Below, piece after piece: positions 30,151 to 44,457 of a DNA stretch of 64,000 nt. A model generated the notes under the pieces. That model did not search any database, was not told the DNA's origin, and was given only the letters and a program-made list of their open reading frames with translations. Made by a program: the position numbers and the translations under genes. The number at the start of each line of letters is the position of its first letter. Position 1 is the stretch's first letter. The stretch comes from Octopus vulgaris (Eukaryota). The stretch is from assembly GCA_951406725.2 (NCBI GenBank), contig OX597828.1:77376001-77440000 (forward strand), written 5' to 3'.

Positions 30151-31284
30151 TGCCCTCAAAATAGTCTAAGCTAAGAGCATGAGATATTTTGTATGAAATC
30201 TAGCGAATGTGTACTGCAACAAGGATAAAAAAACAACGGGGAGCATGATACACAATTACAAATACAAACTACAAGAATATAACAAGTGTCTTCGACTGAG
30301 AAGGAATCTGGGTTTGACATAAACTGCATCCGTTGACGAGACACCAGTTCAGGAGTTCTCTAATGGTAGGGAGCATGGAGTTGCCCCTTAATTACCATTA
30401 CTCCCAGGCAAGTTCTGACCGGGAATGGTAATCCCTATCAGGGTCCCATCCATGGGTTAAAGAGATTTTCCATGGTGTAGCAGAGGCTCCTGTTATTTCT
30501 TATAAATCCTTGAGGAATGTTGCTCGTCTAGGAGAAAGATAAGCTGACATAAACCTTGCAGTTAAAATAGTGTCGTTCATCTTGCAATGCTTGACACCAG
30601 AACTTAAAATAGCGACCGAGAGCGTGAGAAAAAGTGTTGTACAAGCTTATGTTCCTTAATCTCAATGACGTACAGATGTCTTAATGTCATTTCATTTCTT
30701 GGTTAGATTTGTGTTTTAAAAAATCTTATGGCGATGGATGTGTGGTGTGAAAAGTCTTACCCGTGCATATATCGAGATGAAAGTTAACCAGAACAACCAG
30801 GCCGAATGTGAGACGACTATCATCCAGTAAGACGAGACAACCATCACATGTAAATGTAGAGAATATATTTACGCTCTCACTCAATAGTAGCGTCTACGCT
30901 TCATTTCAGTAGTGAGTGCGGTAGGACGCGGGGTGCGGAATAATATACCCGTATTACAAAAAGGATAGAAAATATATATGGTATTTTATGCTTTATGACA
31001 CAGACGTGCGTTTCAGTAAATTACTGCCAGGATTACATAACTGCTTGTTGACATATATATATGTATTCTTTCTAAAACGCCTCTTCGGTGTTTAGCAAAA
31101 TTACAATTAATGGTGTTAAGTGCTCAATATATATTCCTGTTAAGCAAATTATCAAAATCATCATCAGTGGCACAATGAAGAGACAAACAAATCGATCGCA
31201 GAAGTTCGTGACCTCACCTTCCCATATCTAAATGAGCACAACCATAGCATTGGCCAATAAATAAACAAACTATTATTATTATTA

Positions 31285-31360
<76 letters not shown>

Positions 31361-31434
31361 TATTATTATTATCATCATCATCATTGTCATTATTATCATT
31401 GTTGTTATTATTATTATTGTTGTTGTTGTTGTTC

Positions 31435-31552
<118 letters not shown>

Positions 31553-31558
31553 TATTAC

Positions 31559-31601
<43 letters not shown>

Positions 31602-31631
31602 GGGGGTTGCTCAAATAACTGTAAAATTGTT

Positions 31632-32178
31632 AAGGCAGCGAGCTGGCAGAATCGTTTGCACGCCGGGCAGAATGCTTAGCGGCAGAATGCTTAGCGTCTG
31701 CATGTTCTGAGTTCAAATTCCGCCAGAGTTGACTTTGCCTTTCATCCTTTCGCGGCTGGTACATTAAGTACCGTGGAGGTGCAATGGCCCAGTGGTTAGA
31801 GCAGCGGACTCGTGATCGGAGGATCGCGGTTTCGATTCCAAGACCGGGCGTTGTGTGTATTTATTGAGCGAAAACACCTAAAGCTCCACGAGACTCCGGC
31901 AGGGGACGGTGGCGACCCCTGTTGTACTCTTTCGCCATAACTTTCTCTCACTCTCTCTTCCTGTTTCTTGAGTAACGCTGCGATGGACTGGCGTCCCGTC
32001 CAGCTGGGGGGAATACATATGCCATAAAAACCGGGAAACCGGGCCCATGAGTCTGGCTAGGCTTGAAAAGAGCGCGTAAATAAATAAATAATATTAAGTA
32101 CCAATCGAGTACTGGGGTCGATGTAATCGACATACCACTGCCCCCAAAATTTCAGGCATTGTGCCTATAGTAGAAAAT
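31632..32178 (+). mobile_element. Family A SINE interrupted by a family C SINE (31773-32092)
   Basis: 10-bp TSD attaagtacc at 31763-31772 and 32093-32102; insert has tRNA head, gatggactggcgtcccgtccag motif and (TAAA)n tail. Confidence 0.92.
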
Positions 32179-32213
32179 ATTATTATTGTTGTTGTTGTTG
32201 TAATTATTATTAT

Positions 32214-32274
<61 letters not shown>

Positions 32275-32559
32275 GGTATTAATGAGTTTTTAATATTTTT
32301 CTCCCTCTTTATCGACCACAGACAATATCTCTCTCTCGCGATATTCCTGTATTATTCGTTATTCCGTTAATCATACTTCCTCTCTATCTGTCATCTCACT
32401 TTAATCAGATCAGACACACTTTTTTTTCCTTTTTTAACCTCAAAAACGGGGAAACGACGAAAATGGGGCGGTGAGAGAGGCATCGAATTATCTTTTTTCT
32501 TTCCTTCCGTGAGAAAATTTATTAATTTTCGTGTTCCGTCCTGACGTCAAAAGTGGTGC

Positions 32560-33090
32560 TCATGTTTATGATGACGGTGTTGGTGTTGATGTGTATTATG
32601 ATGATGTTGACGTTTATGATGAGGCTTATGATGCTGATCTTGTTTATGATGATAATGTGATGTTGATGATGTTTATGATGATGCTTATGACGCTGATGTT
32701 TATTTTGATGACGTTGGTGACTGTATAAATGACAATGTTTATGACGATCTTGATGGTTAAGAAAGTGATGCTTATGATGAGATTTATGATACTGATGTGG
32801 TTTATAATGATGTTTATGATGACGATGTTGATGTTTATGATGGTGCTTATGACGTTGTTGATGCTTATGATGAGATTTATGATGATGATGTCTATGATGA
32901 TGTTTAAGATGATGCTGATGTTTATGCTGTTGCTGTTGACGGTTCTATCGATGATGATGTTTCCGTAGATGTTGAAGTCGGGGACGTTGATGGTGCTGTT
33001 GATGCTGACGATGTTGATGATTATGATGATACTTATGATGGTGATTTCAGAGTCGATTGTTAATCTTGATGGTCATGTTGATGGTTATAG
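32560..33090. repeat. Degenerate (GAT)n-derived cryptic minisatellite
   Basis: Recurrent gtttatgatgat and gcttatgatg units. Confidence 0.8.
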
Positions 33091-33139
33091 TTTTGTTGTT
33101 GTTGCTCCTGCTGCTACTGCTGCTGCAAGAATGTATATA

Positions 33140-33345
33140 TGCATATGTCCGTCCTGGCACCGCTTCATAACCAGTGTTGCTTTGTTTATGTCCACATCAT
33201 TTAGCGATTCGGTTAAAGAGTCTGGTATATTAAGTACCAGACTTTTTTTTTTAAAGTGAGTACTGGGGTGGAATTGTTCCAATAAAACACCTCAAAGCAG
33301 TGCCCCAGCATGGCCGCAGCCGAATGACTGAACGAAGTAGAGAAA
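33140..33345 (+). mobile_element. 3' half of a family B-like SINE
   Basis: ccagcatggccgcag..atgactgaa tail motif. Confidence 0.7.
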
Positions 33346-33354
33346 TAAATGAGA

Positions 33355-33775
33355 CCGAGTTGACATTTATATCCACTTGGAGTGACACTTGGATGGGAAA
33401 ACGGAGAAATGGTGTGAACGGGTACCAAATGCGGTTCATGACAACGATCTACCCACAATAATCTGGAACAATAATTGTCCAAACTGACAGAGATCAAAAC
33501 AACTTGCCAGATGTAATTAGGGATCCATTCTATAATTTCTATAATTTCGATTCGTTCTCACTGAAATGTAGCCAGGAAGGAGGTGGAGAAGCTATCGAAG
33601 CAAAGGACGTTCACATGGAACCAGTCAGGGAATAAACCTACATACAGTGCCAATAATAATGGGAGCAGTGGATGTGACAAAGAGGAATTGAGACAAAGTC
33701 ATAGATCCTATTCTAGGCCTTACAATTCTACACACAATCCAAAGAAATGAATCGCTTTATTTACTCATTTGATAT
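33355..33775 (+). pseudogene. Ancient R4/Dong-like REL endonuclease relic
   Basis: KWCERVPNAV..IIWN..QTDR..NLPDVI..KEVEKLSK..TVPIIMGAV, with stops and frameshifts. Confidence 0.65.
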
Positions 33776-33869
33776 AATTCTTCTTTAACCTCTTTTGTAT
33801 TTGGTGAATATATATATATACCCTTTACTCTTTTACTCTTTTACTTGTTCCAGTCATTTGACTGCCAGT

Positions 33870-34120
33870 GATCCACTGGTAATTATTTTATCGACCCCCG
33901 AAGGGATGAAAGACAAAGTAGAAAGCGGTGCCCGCTCGCCGCCTTCACAAGCTCAGAAATATTAATTTCAAATTTTGGCCCAGGGCCAGCAATTTCGAAG
34001 GAAGGGTAAGTTGATTACATCGACCCCGGTACTCAACTGGTATTTATTTCACCGACCCCGAAAAGGATGAAAGACAAGGTCGACCTCGGCGGAATTTGAA
34101 CTCAGAGCGTCAAGACAGAC
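33870..34120 (-). mobile_element. Family A SINE fragments
   Basis: Core and B box on the - strand. Confidence 0.8.
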
Positions 34121-34151
34121 GTACACACTCGGAAATATTGAACAAAATTAT

Positions 34152-34563
34152 GGGCGTAGAAGTGGCTGTGTGGTAAGTAGCTTGCTTACCAACCACATGG
34201 TTCCGGGTTCAGTCCCACCGCCTGGCACTTTGGACAAGTGTCTTCTATCATAGCCTACGGCCGACCAAAGACTTGTGAGTGGATTTGGTAGACGGAAACT
34301 GAAAGATGCCCGTCGTATATATGTATATATATGTGTGTGTATATGTTTGTGTGACTGTGTTTGTCCCCGCCAACATCGCTTGACAACCGATGCTGGTGTG
34401 TTCATGTCCCCGTAACTTACCAGTTCGGCAAAAGAACCGATCGAATAAGTATTAAGCTTACAAAGAATAAGTCCTGGGGTCGATTTACTCGACTAAAGGC
34501 GGTGCTCCAGCATGGCCACAGTTACATGACTGAAACAAGTAAAAGAGTAAAAGAGTAAAAGAA
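34152..34563 (+). mobile_element. Full-length family B SINE
   Basis: A box tggctgtgtgg, B-box-like ggttcagtccc, internal (TA)/(TG) tract, (gtaaaaga)n tail. Confidence 0.92.
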
Positions 34564-35284
34564 TAATAATTCGAAATATGGATAATGAAGGGTCGATCAA
34601 AACACTTTGTGTCTTTTAATTATGTCCCCCTTATACTCTGAATTCAAATCCTGCAACATTGGACTTTTAAAAATACCAGCGAAATACGGAGGATCCTTTA
34701 ACTGATTTTATCATCTCACTAAAATCTCCTAGCCTTGTGTCAAATTTAGAAATCTATGTTAAAACAAATTTCTTTCGAAATTAACTGCCAATCAAATTTT
34801 CAGCCAACTGCCAATCATTTAATGGCATCGGATGTTATTCCAAAGTGTTTCGATAGATTATCCCAATAATCTTTTAAGCTTTCGACGTCGTAATATTAGC
34901 AAATATTTGATAAGCATCCGTCCACAAAAGTTGATGTTGTTTGAAATAAATAACCGTGTATCTAGAGACAAGCAAAATTATCGAAATGAAGAGATAACAA
35001 ATATATTTTCATTATCCAAAAGCAGTCGGATTTTTTAAACCTGATATTTATCCTTGCAATGCACTCAATGAATACCGGTGATCTGCAGTAGCACGGGCTC
35101 AGCAGCGCTGATGACGAAAGCAAATCGGTGCGATCTTAAGAGCAGTAATTACCTACCGTGTGGTGCATATATTTATGTAATCACGCACATATGTATGTAT
35201 ATATATATATACAAACATACATACATACATACATATGTATATACTCATATATATATATAGTTTAAGGCAATCAGTAAGTTGTCA

Positions 35285-35347
35285 TAATAGTACTCGGAGT
35301 TTCAAATGCCGGAGCTTATAACTACGATGCATTCTCGTCGGCTATTA
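35285..35347 (-). ncRNA. Type-I hammerhead with U4C change
   Basis: UAAUAG-CCGACGA-GAAUGC..GCAUUU-GAAAC-UCCGA-GUA^CUAUUA. Confidence 0.7.
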
Positions 35348-35503
35348 ATGGCAACAGGTGCTATAAAAAACCGTTGAAAAAAGACAGGTTACTCTAATAT
35401 GTAGAAAAAATATAAAAGATATAAAATACACGCAACCATATTCTCACAATACATAGACATAAAACCTCCTGTGTTCATAACGTCCACATACGTACATAGT
35501 CTA

Positions 35504-35543
<40 letters not shown>

Positions 35544-36086
35544 GAGGTGGCTAGACGAATGTAAAAACAAAAAGGAAGAATTCGATTGTTGCTAAAAGTA
35601 ATTGTAGCACCTACATTGCTAGAAATATGTGTCAAAGTGCTACGGAGTGGAAAGCTCCCCTGTCAGTACATATCTTTGTACATATCTCAGTACATATCTT
35701 TGTGGCTATAAGGGTCTTTGACTCTTATTTCCAGTAATATAGTTGCTGCAATGCAGTTTCAGTCACTATTGTATATATATAATTATTTATATATACATAC
35801 ATACATAGTTAAAAAAATAAATGAGTGCATTCGTTACATAAATAATATTTTCAGGATTAAATCAAAAGGCAACAAACGGAAAATATGACAGTTTTCATTT
35901 CTCCTTCACGTTACCTATTTTTGTCTTGTCTTGCAGCCCCAAGGCTTCTTGTTGTATATGTGTTATCATTATTAATTGTTGTATTCGTGTGTCTCTAAAC
36001 TTTTATTCTGTTTATCGTTTTGCCTCAAGCCCGTCTCGTTTTGTTATGCTTAGGTGCTATTTCTAACAAGTTCTTTGTCGGTACCT

Positions 36087-36166
36087 CCAGAGTGGAAGCA
36101 ATATTATCGATAATGGCCGAAATTGCGCTTGACCCCTCTGGTCGATAACTAATTAAGAATTGGTGA
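36087..36166 (+). ncRNA. Candidate non-circularly permuted hammerhead, copy 2 (core decayed)
   Basis: CCAGAG-uggaa-GCAAUA^UUAUCGA-uaau-GGCC-GAAA-UUGC-gcuugaccc-CUCUGG-UCGAUAA-CUAAUUA-agaauu-GGUG. Confidence 0.6.
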
Positions 36167-36298
36167 CCTATGTTTTCTGTCTGCCTGTGTTTTTAGTATA
36201 TGCTCGTTTGCTTATTAACTACACGTTTATTTTTATTTGTTCAATATTGGTAGGTCATATTTTCCGCTTGTCTTTGTATTTAATCCTGAAAAAAACCC

Positions 36299-36410
<112 letters not shown>

Positions 36411-36572
36411 AGTGACGTGAGGGGATGGGAGAGAGATAGGGGAGTAGGTAGGAAGACAGGTACCAGAGCAGAAATGAAATATAGATTCGTTTTAGCAAAT
36501 TAACTGTTTACGTATATGATATGTGTTAATGATAGCGCTAAATAAATAATATATATAATATTGTTAAGACGA

Positions 36573-37160
36573 AAGGTGGTGAGCGGGCAGAAACGGTAGC
36601 AGGCCGGGCGAAATGCTTAGCGGTATTTCGTCTGCCGTTACGTTCTGAGTTCAAATTCCGCCGAGGTCGACTTTGCCTTTCATCCTTTCGGGTTCGATTA
36701 AATAAGTGCCAGTTACGCACTGGAGTCGAGATAATCGACTTAATCCGTTTGTCTGGGCTTGTTTGTCCCCTCTGTGTTTAGCCCCTTGTGGGTAGTAAAG
36801 AAATAGGTATTTCATCTGACTTTATGTTCTTAGTTCAAATTCCGCCGAGGTCGACGTTGCCTTTCATCCTTTCGGGGTCGATAAATTAAATACCGGTTGC
36901 GTAGTGAAGTCGATCTAATCGACTGGCCCCCTCCCCAAAAATTTCGGGTCTTGTGCCAAGAGTAGAAAGGAATATCGTTAAGGCGAGCTGGCAGAAATGT
37001 TAAAGCGACGAGCAACATGCTTAGCGTTATTTCGCCCGACTTTACGCTCTGAGTTCAAATTCCGTCGAGGTCGACTTCACCTTTCATCCTTTGAACATTG
37101 TAATCAACTTCCTCCCTCTCCCGAAATTACTGGCTTTGTGCCAAGATTTGAAACCAGTTA
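36573..37160 (+). mobile_element. Three tandem family A SINEs
   Basis: Three B-box/core units. Confidence 0.9.
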
Positions 37161-37224
37161 AATCGCTGATTAAACGTGAAGGATGAATATTGACCGTGGT
37201 GTAATTTGAACCCAGGGTGTAGAG

Positions 37225-37517
37225 CAGTGCTTCTCAAACTATTTGATGTGTGGTACCGACACTTTTTTTCTAATGTGCCAGGGACCGGAAATATTTCTTA
37301 GTAATATTAATTTATACCGGAAACAATATATATAATGAATATAACAAATGTCGACGGTTTTTTTTTTTTTATCTTCTATTTATTTTGTAAACAAATAATA
37401 CAATATTACATAAGCATTATATAATGTTTTTTTCTTTTCTGGAAACTTGCCGCGTACGAGCAGCTGATGGCTCGCGAACCGGCACCGGTACGCGAACCAC
37501 CACTTTGAGTAGTACTG
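37225..37517. mobile_element. hAT (Charlie-like) MITE
   Basis: TIRs CAGTGCTTCTCAAA / TTTGAGTAGTACTG; 8-bp TSD GTGTAGAG at 37217-37224 and 37518-37525. Confidence 0.92.
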
Positions 37518-37819
37518 GTGTAGAGAATCGAATGAAATGTCTGAAAGTCTTTTATTCGAGGCTTTAACGGTTCCGTCAGTCGCCCGCCATATTTCCAGAA
37601 ATAAACAGTCGCCATTCATGAAACCTCCACGCTGGTCTATCGACTTGCGAGAAATAGTAGGACAATCTCTAACTGCTCCACTGGTTAATATAGTCCCGGT
37701 TTTCCTCAAGACAAGAAAAGACAGGATGGTCACACCTGGAATGTCTTTGTTATAGGCTTAGTGGAACAGGATTGACCCAAGTCTAGACAACAACAACAAC
37801 AATAACGTCGCTGGGTATT

Positions 37820-39503
37820 CTTGTTTATTTATCCCTTGGGGTGTATATGTTTTTGCGTGTGTCACTGAGTATGTATAGGCTTGTGTATTTAGTGCGCTAT
37901 GTCCGTGTGTTTATGTATGTGTGTCGGCGTTCATATGTGTGTATTTTTACAACTATGTGTGTGTGTGTCTTTATGTGTATGTCTAGCTAAAATGTCGATC
38001 TGTATAACCTACTTAAGGTATATATATGGTTTTGAAAGCCTTCTAAACTGCTGTAGTCGTCTCGAGAAAGCAACTCTTATACATGTACAGCGTTACAAAA
38101 TGGGAATATATTGGCAGCAGGGGGTAGAGTAACTCCCAGCAGCAGCGGTTGTATTGCTAAATCTGGGTTTCTGGATTTTTGAGCTGGCACCGCTTGCTCA
38201 GCGAAAATTGGTTGTTTACTGAAGTAGCATTTAGCAGGTAAAGAGAATAAAAATTCATTGTTAGCGACGGAAGCACTATTACTTCAAATAAACAATCAGT
38301 CAGTCCTACTGAAACATATCTATTGTTGAATGTCTTCTAAACTGCGGTATTGTCTCGAGAAAACATCTACGAAAACAAAGCACAAAAATATTGTTTTATA
38401 AGTAATTTAATGTTGACACGATCCTGTAACCTGATAGTTTGCATTTGTGAAGTCATCGATCACGTCTGATTCTCAATGTTTTCCCAAATAATATTTGGAT
38501 TTCCTTTCTTTTGCTATTTTTGTTAATTTTTCTTTTTTTTTTTTTGCTGTTATTTTTTTATGATTTAATTTTTTCTTTTAATTTCACGTTTAATTTTATC
38601 TAAATCTATTGTTTGCTGTTTTGTATGGTGGGGGGGACGGTTGTGTGTATGTGTGTTCATGTTTGTATTCGTGCGCTGCTTCTGTGTGTGTGTGTGTGTG
38701 TGTATGCAGGAGTAGTTACGTGTGCACGTATGAATGCTTGTATATGTTTGGTGTGTGAGTATGTTTCCTGCGTATGCGTGTGTGTGTGCTTGCGTGTACA
38801 TGCCTACGCGTGTGTGTGTGTGTGTGTGTGGGCGTTCTATTTTCGCTCTTCGTTGTCTCCTGGTTTCGTTGATGTTATTACAACGTCGACGCTACAAGTT
38901 AAAGGGAGATGTTCACTGTTGCTGCTGCGGCCGTTGTTGTTGTTGTTGTTGTTGTTTTCTTGCTGTCACAGTAGTCGTGGTGGTCGACGTGATCAGAGTG
39001 GTAATACAAGTTTGTTTTATTTCGTTTTATTGCGTTGGTAGGGATTAGTTGGCGAGTGGAGGTGGAGGTGGTGGTGGAGGCGGTGGTGGTGGCGGTGGCG
39101 TTAGTTATTCTAACATGGCTGCTGTTGATTTTTCGCATCTTTCCTTTTCTTCACTAAACTTTTCATACAACACCTGATACAACTGGGACCGTAAGTTTAT
39201 TTTTTACCGCACATCCGGCTTTATCCGGCATTTTTTTAAACCTAAAAATAATCCCTTCTTTGTTTTTTCAATTATCGGTGTGGGCGTGGGTGTGTGTATA
39301 GTTATGTGTGTGTATTTATGCATTTATGTGTGTGTGTGTGTGTACTTGTGTATTTATCGCTTGGTGTGTATACGCTTTTGCGTGTGTCACTGAGTATGTA
39401 TAGGCATGTGCAGTTATCGTGCTATGTCCGTGTGTTTATGTATGGGTGTATTCTTTACAACTATATGTGTTTGTGTGTGTGTCTTTATGTGTATGTCTAG
39501 CTA
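37820..39503. repeat. Dispersed local direct duplication (37820-37989 and 39345-39503)
   Basis: Shared ttttgcgtgtgtcactgagtatgtataggc and tctttatgtgtatgtctagcta. Confidence 0.85.
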
Positions 39504-39637
39504 TACATCTATATGTGTGCTTCTATATTTATCTCGTTGTGTCCGTGTATTTATGTGTGTCGTTGTCCATATGTATTTGTACAACTATATATGTGTGTTC
39601 GTACGTGTATGTATGTATGTATCTATCTATGTATATA

Positions 39638-39673
<36 letters not shown>

Positions 39674-39817
39674 TGAATCTATGTGTATGTGTCTGTGTGT
39701 TTCTCTCTTTGTGTCTTCATGTATGCATATCAGCGTATATATGTGTATATTTGTACATTTGTCTGTGTGTATGCTAGCATGCATGTACGTCTATTTACTC
39801 GTATGTGTATGTGTGTT

Positions 39818-39866
<49 letters not shown>

Positions 39867-39992
39867 GCATCTATGCGTATGTATTAATTTTTCGCCTTCT
39901 CCTTTCCGTGTTAGATTTTCTCCTCTCTTCCACCAGATCAACGACTGTGTTTTCTCCTTCTGTGTTTCTGTGCAACAACAAACGTCGCTTCC

Positions 39993-40040
<48 letters not shown>

Positions 40041-40619
40041 AGACGTGTTTCCTATCATGTCTATACGTGTGTGTCGAGTGTAGCTGCTGTGTGGCTGCGT
40101 ACAACTTCGGAGCTGTCCAATTACTTGTTATGCTTCTCTCTATATAAATACGTGGCTGTGTGTAAGAGTGGCCATTTTTATTTTATTTTGGGATTCTGGG
40201 CGATGTTTAAATTAATTTGTTGCCGCTGCTGCTGCGTCCGTTGTTGATATTAATTCTATTGTTGTAGCTGTTGTTGTTGTTGTTGCCGCTGCTGCTGCCG
40301 TTGATTCCGCTTTTGATTCAATTACTGAAGTTTATGCCGCTGCTGGCGCTCATGATGATAGTGATAACAATGGTGATGATGATGATGACGATAATGACGT
40401 TGGTGATGATGATTACCGCAATGATTCAATTGTATTTGTTGTTGTTGTTGTTGGTGGTGGTGGTAGTGGTGGTGGGGTGATAGTGGTGGTGGTGGTAGAG
40501 GTGGTAGCGGTGGTGGTGGGGTGATGGTGGTGGTGGTGGTGGTGGTAGCGGTGTCATTTCTCTCGTTTACACAACACCTCGTGCACGCACAGAGAGTAGT
40601 ATAAGTGGTTGTTATCGTT

Positions 40620-40850
40620 TATCTTTTATCCATTATCAGTTTCACTCATTAGACTGTGGCCATGCTGGGGCACCGCCTTGAGGAATATTATTCGGAAGTA
40701 TTCGACCCAGCATTTGGGTTTTTTTAAGGCCTTGTACTTATTTTTATTAGTCTCTTTTGCCGCACCGGTAAGTGTCGGGGACTTATACACACCATCACCG
40801 GTTATCAAGCGGTGGCGGGGAACAAACACAGACACACAGACATACACACA
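40620..40850 (-). mobile_element. 3' half of a family B-like SINE
   Basis: Tail motif on the - strand; a similar fragment lies at 51070-51230. Confidence 0.7.
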
Positions 40851-40888
40851 AATACATAGTTGTGTGTGTTGATATATATATGTGTATG

Positions 40889-42409
<1,521 letters not shown>

Positions 42410-42426
42410 CACACACACACGCACAA

Positions 42427-42649
42427 AGGCTGCGAGCTGGCAGAATCGTTAGCACTCCGGGCGAAATGCTTAGCGGTATTTCGTCTGCCGTTACGTTCTG
42501 AGTTCAAATTCCGCTGAGGTCGACTTTGCCTTTCATCCTTTCGGGGTCTATTAAATAAGTACCAGTTACGCATTGGGGTCTATGTAATCGACTTAATCCC
42601 TTTGTCCTTTTTTGTCCCCTCTATGTTTAGCTCCTTGTGGTCAATAAAG

Positions 42650-42652
<3 letters not shown>
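42427..42652 (+). mobile_element. Family A SINE
   Basis: Near-identical to the 6619 copy. Confidence 0.92.
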
Positions 42653-42689
<37 letters not shown>

Positions 42690-42762
42690 ACATATATATA
42701 TATATATATATACGTACATATATATATATATATACATATACATGTATATATATACATATTCA

Positions 42763-42823
<61 letters not shown>

Positions 42824-42903
42824 GTAAAAGTAAAAAAATAGAAACTGGAACAAGAACGCGAAACACTAGAAGACGACACAAAAAACACGGACGGGACATT
42901 CGA

Positions 42904-42980
42904 AGCCTTCAATCTTCAGTCAAGAACCGGATCATCTTCGCAATTTCGGCTGATTAATCTTGAGATAGCTCCGACCTGGC
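42904..42980 (-). ncRNA. Candidate non-circularly permuted hammerhead, copy 3
   Basis: GCCAGGUC-gga-GCUAUC^UCAAGA-uuaauc-AGCC-GAAA-UUGC-gaagau-GAUCCGGU-UCUUGA-CUGAAGA-uugaa-GGCU. Confidence 0.68.
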
Positions 42981-43010
42981 CAGCCCCAAAGGAAAATCTA
43001 AGCCAAGCGC

Positions 43011-43052
<42 letters not shown>

Positions 43053-43062
43053 TATATAGCGC

Positions 43063-43122
<60 letters not shown>

Positions 43123-43124
43123 CA

Positions 43125-43250
43125 ATGGGCTTTTTTCCGTTTCCGTCTACCAAATCTGCTCACACGGATTTGGCCGGCCCGAGGCTATTTTAGAGGGAGC
43201 TTGGCCAAGGTGTCACGTAGCAGGACTGAACCCAGAGCGATGTGATTGGG
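43125..43250 (-). mobile_element. Family B SINE fragment
   Basis: Head homology; another fragment lies at 54467-54578. Confidence 0.75.
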
Positions 43251-43252
43251 GT

Positions 43253-43391
<139 letters not shown>

Positions 43392-43469
43392 CGACTGACA
43401 GCCAGAAGGTTCTGTAAACGTATAAACACGCAAACAGCTGATAACTCGCTTAATTCTGATTTTTCTATA

Positions 43470-44440
43470 GATTTAACCCATCATAAATAATGAAGGGAGC
43501 TAAACAAAGCTTTTTATCAGAGGAAATTTGTCTTAATGTACTACAGGAAATTTGGAAGTACACTCGAAGAACTTTCAAACAGATCCACCTAGGCTACTTG
43601 AATTAGAGGTATGTTTGAGGCAGATAGAACTGTTCAGAATGTGCACAATTGCAGTTTCGGAAGATCGCTTACATCGACGCACTCCCCCAAACGATAAGAA
43701 GTATTGCCAAAGCTCAATGAAATCTGCGAGTCATGAGAAGGGAATTGTCAAAACCAAATGTCCATCGCATTCTTGAAAGCGTTGTCATTAGAAAATGCAT
43801 TTCAAGAAAAGTCCGTGCCCTCAATGTGTGTGATCAGAAACGAAGAATAGAGTTTTGTGTGTGGTACTTGGCAAGATGTGTAGAAGAGTGTATGGTGTGA
43901 TGAGGCTACATTTGAATAAAATAATTCAATGAAACATCACGATCGCGTCCACTGAGGAACTGAGAATCTTCATATTACGGATGAACATCACGTTGATTTA
44001 GCAAGAGTTGCTGTACGGTGCGCCTTATCATCAAAAGAGCTAACTGGACCATTCTCTTTGACGGCATTGTGACTGGTCTTGTTTACTTGAAATTGTCGCG
44101 GCAATCCCTCATGTCAAGCATTCAAGAGGACTTTCAGGATGTGACATTTTATTTTCAGCTAAAAAGGGCAACCCTATACAACGATTGTAACGTAAAATGC
44201 TGCCCTTGAAATTTTGCCAGACGAGTGGATTGACCTTACGCTACTATACTTCTTGTAAAGGAATACTTCATATATAAAGATTATGGTACAAAACTGGCAA
44301 CATTCGGCGTATTGTGCGCAACCATTGAACGAAAATGTTCACAAATATGAACTGTTTCTTGATGTTTGCAACTCAATTACTTTGCGTTGGCAGCAATGCC
44401 TGGACTAGAATGGTCGTCAATTTGGAAACGGGACTTCATG
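43470..44440 (+). pseudogene. Decayed Tc1/mariner-superfamily transposase
   Basis: DQKRRIEFC..VWCDEATF..TENLH..VRCALSSKELTGPF..FDGIVTG..Y..FYFQ. Confidence 0.75.
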
Positions 44441-44457
44441 ATAAATTCTCTCTGTAG

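Noticed and set aside
35101-35140. CUGAUGA-C-GAAA hammerhead-like string
   Set aside because: No stem II, no UH triplet in register, and no stem I partner.
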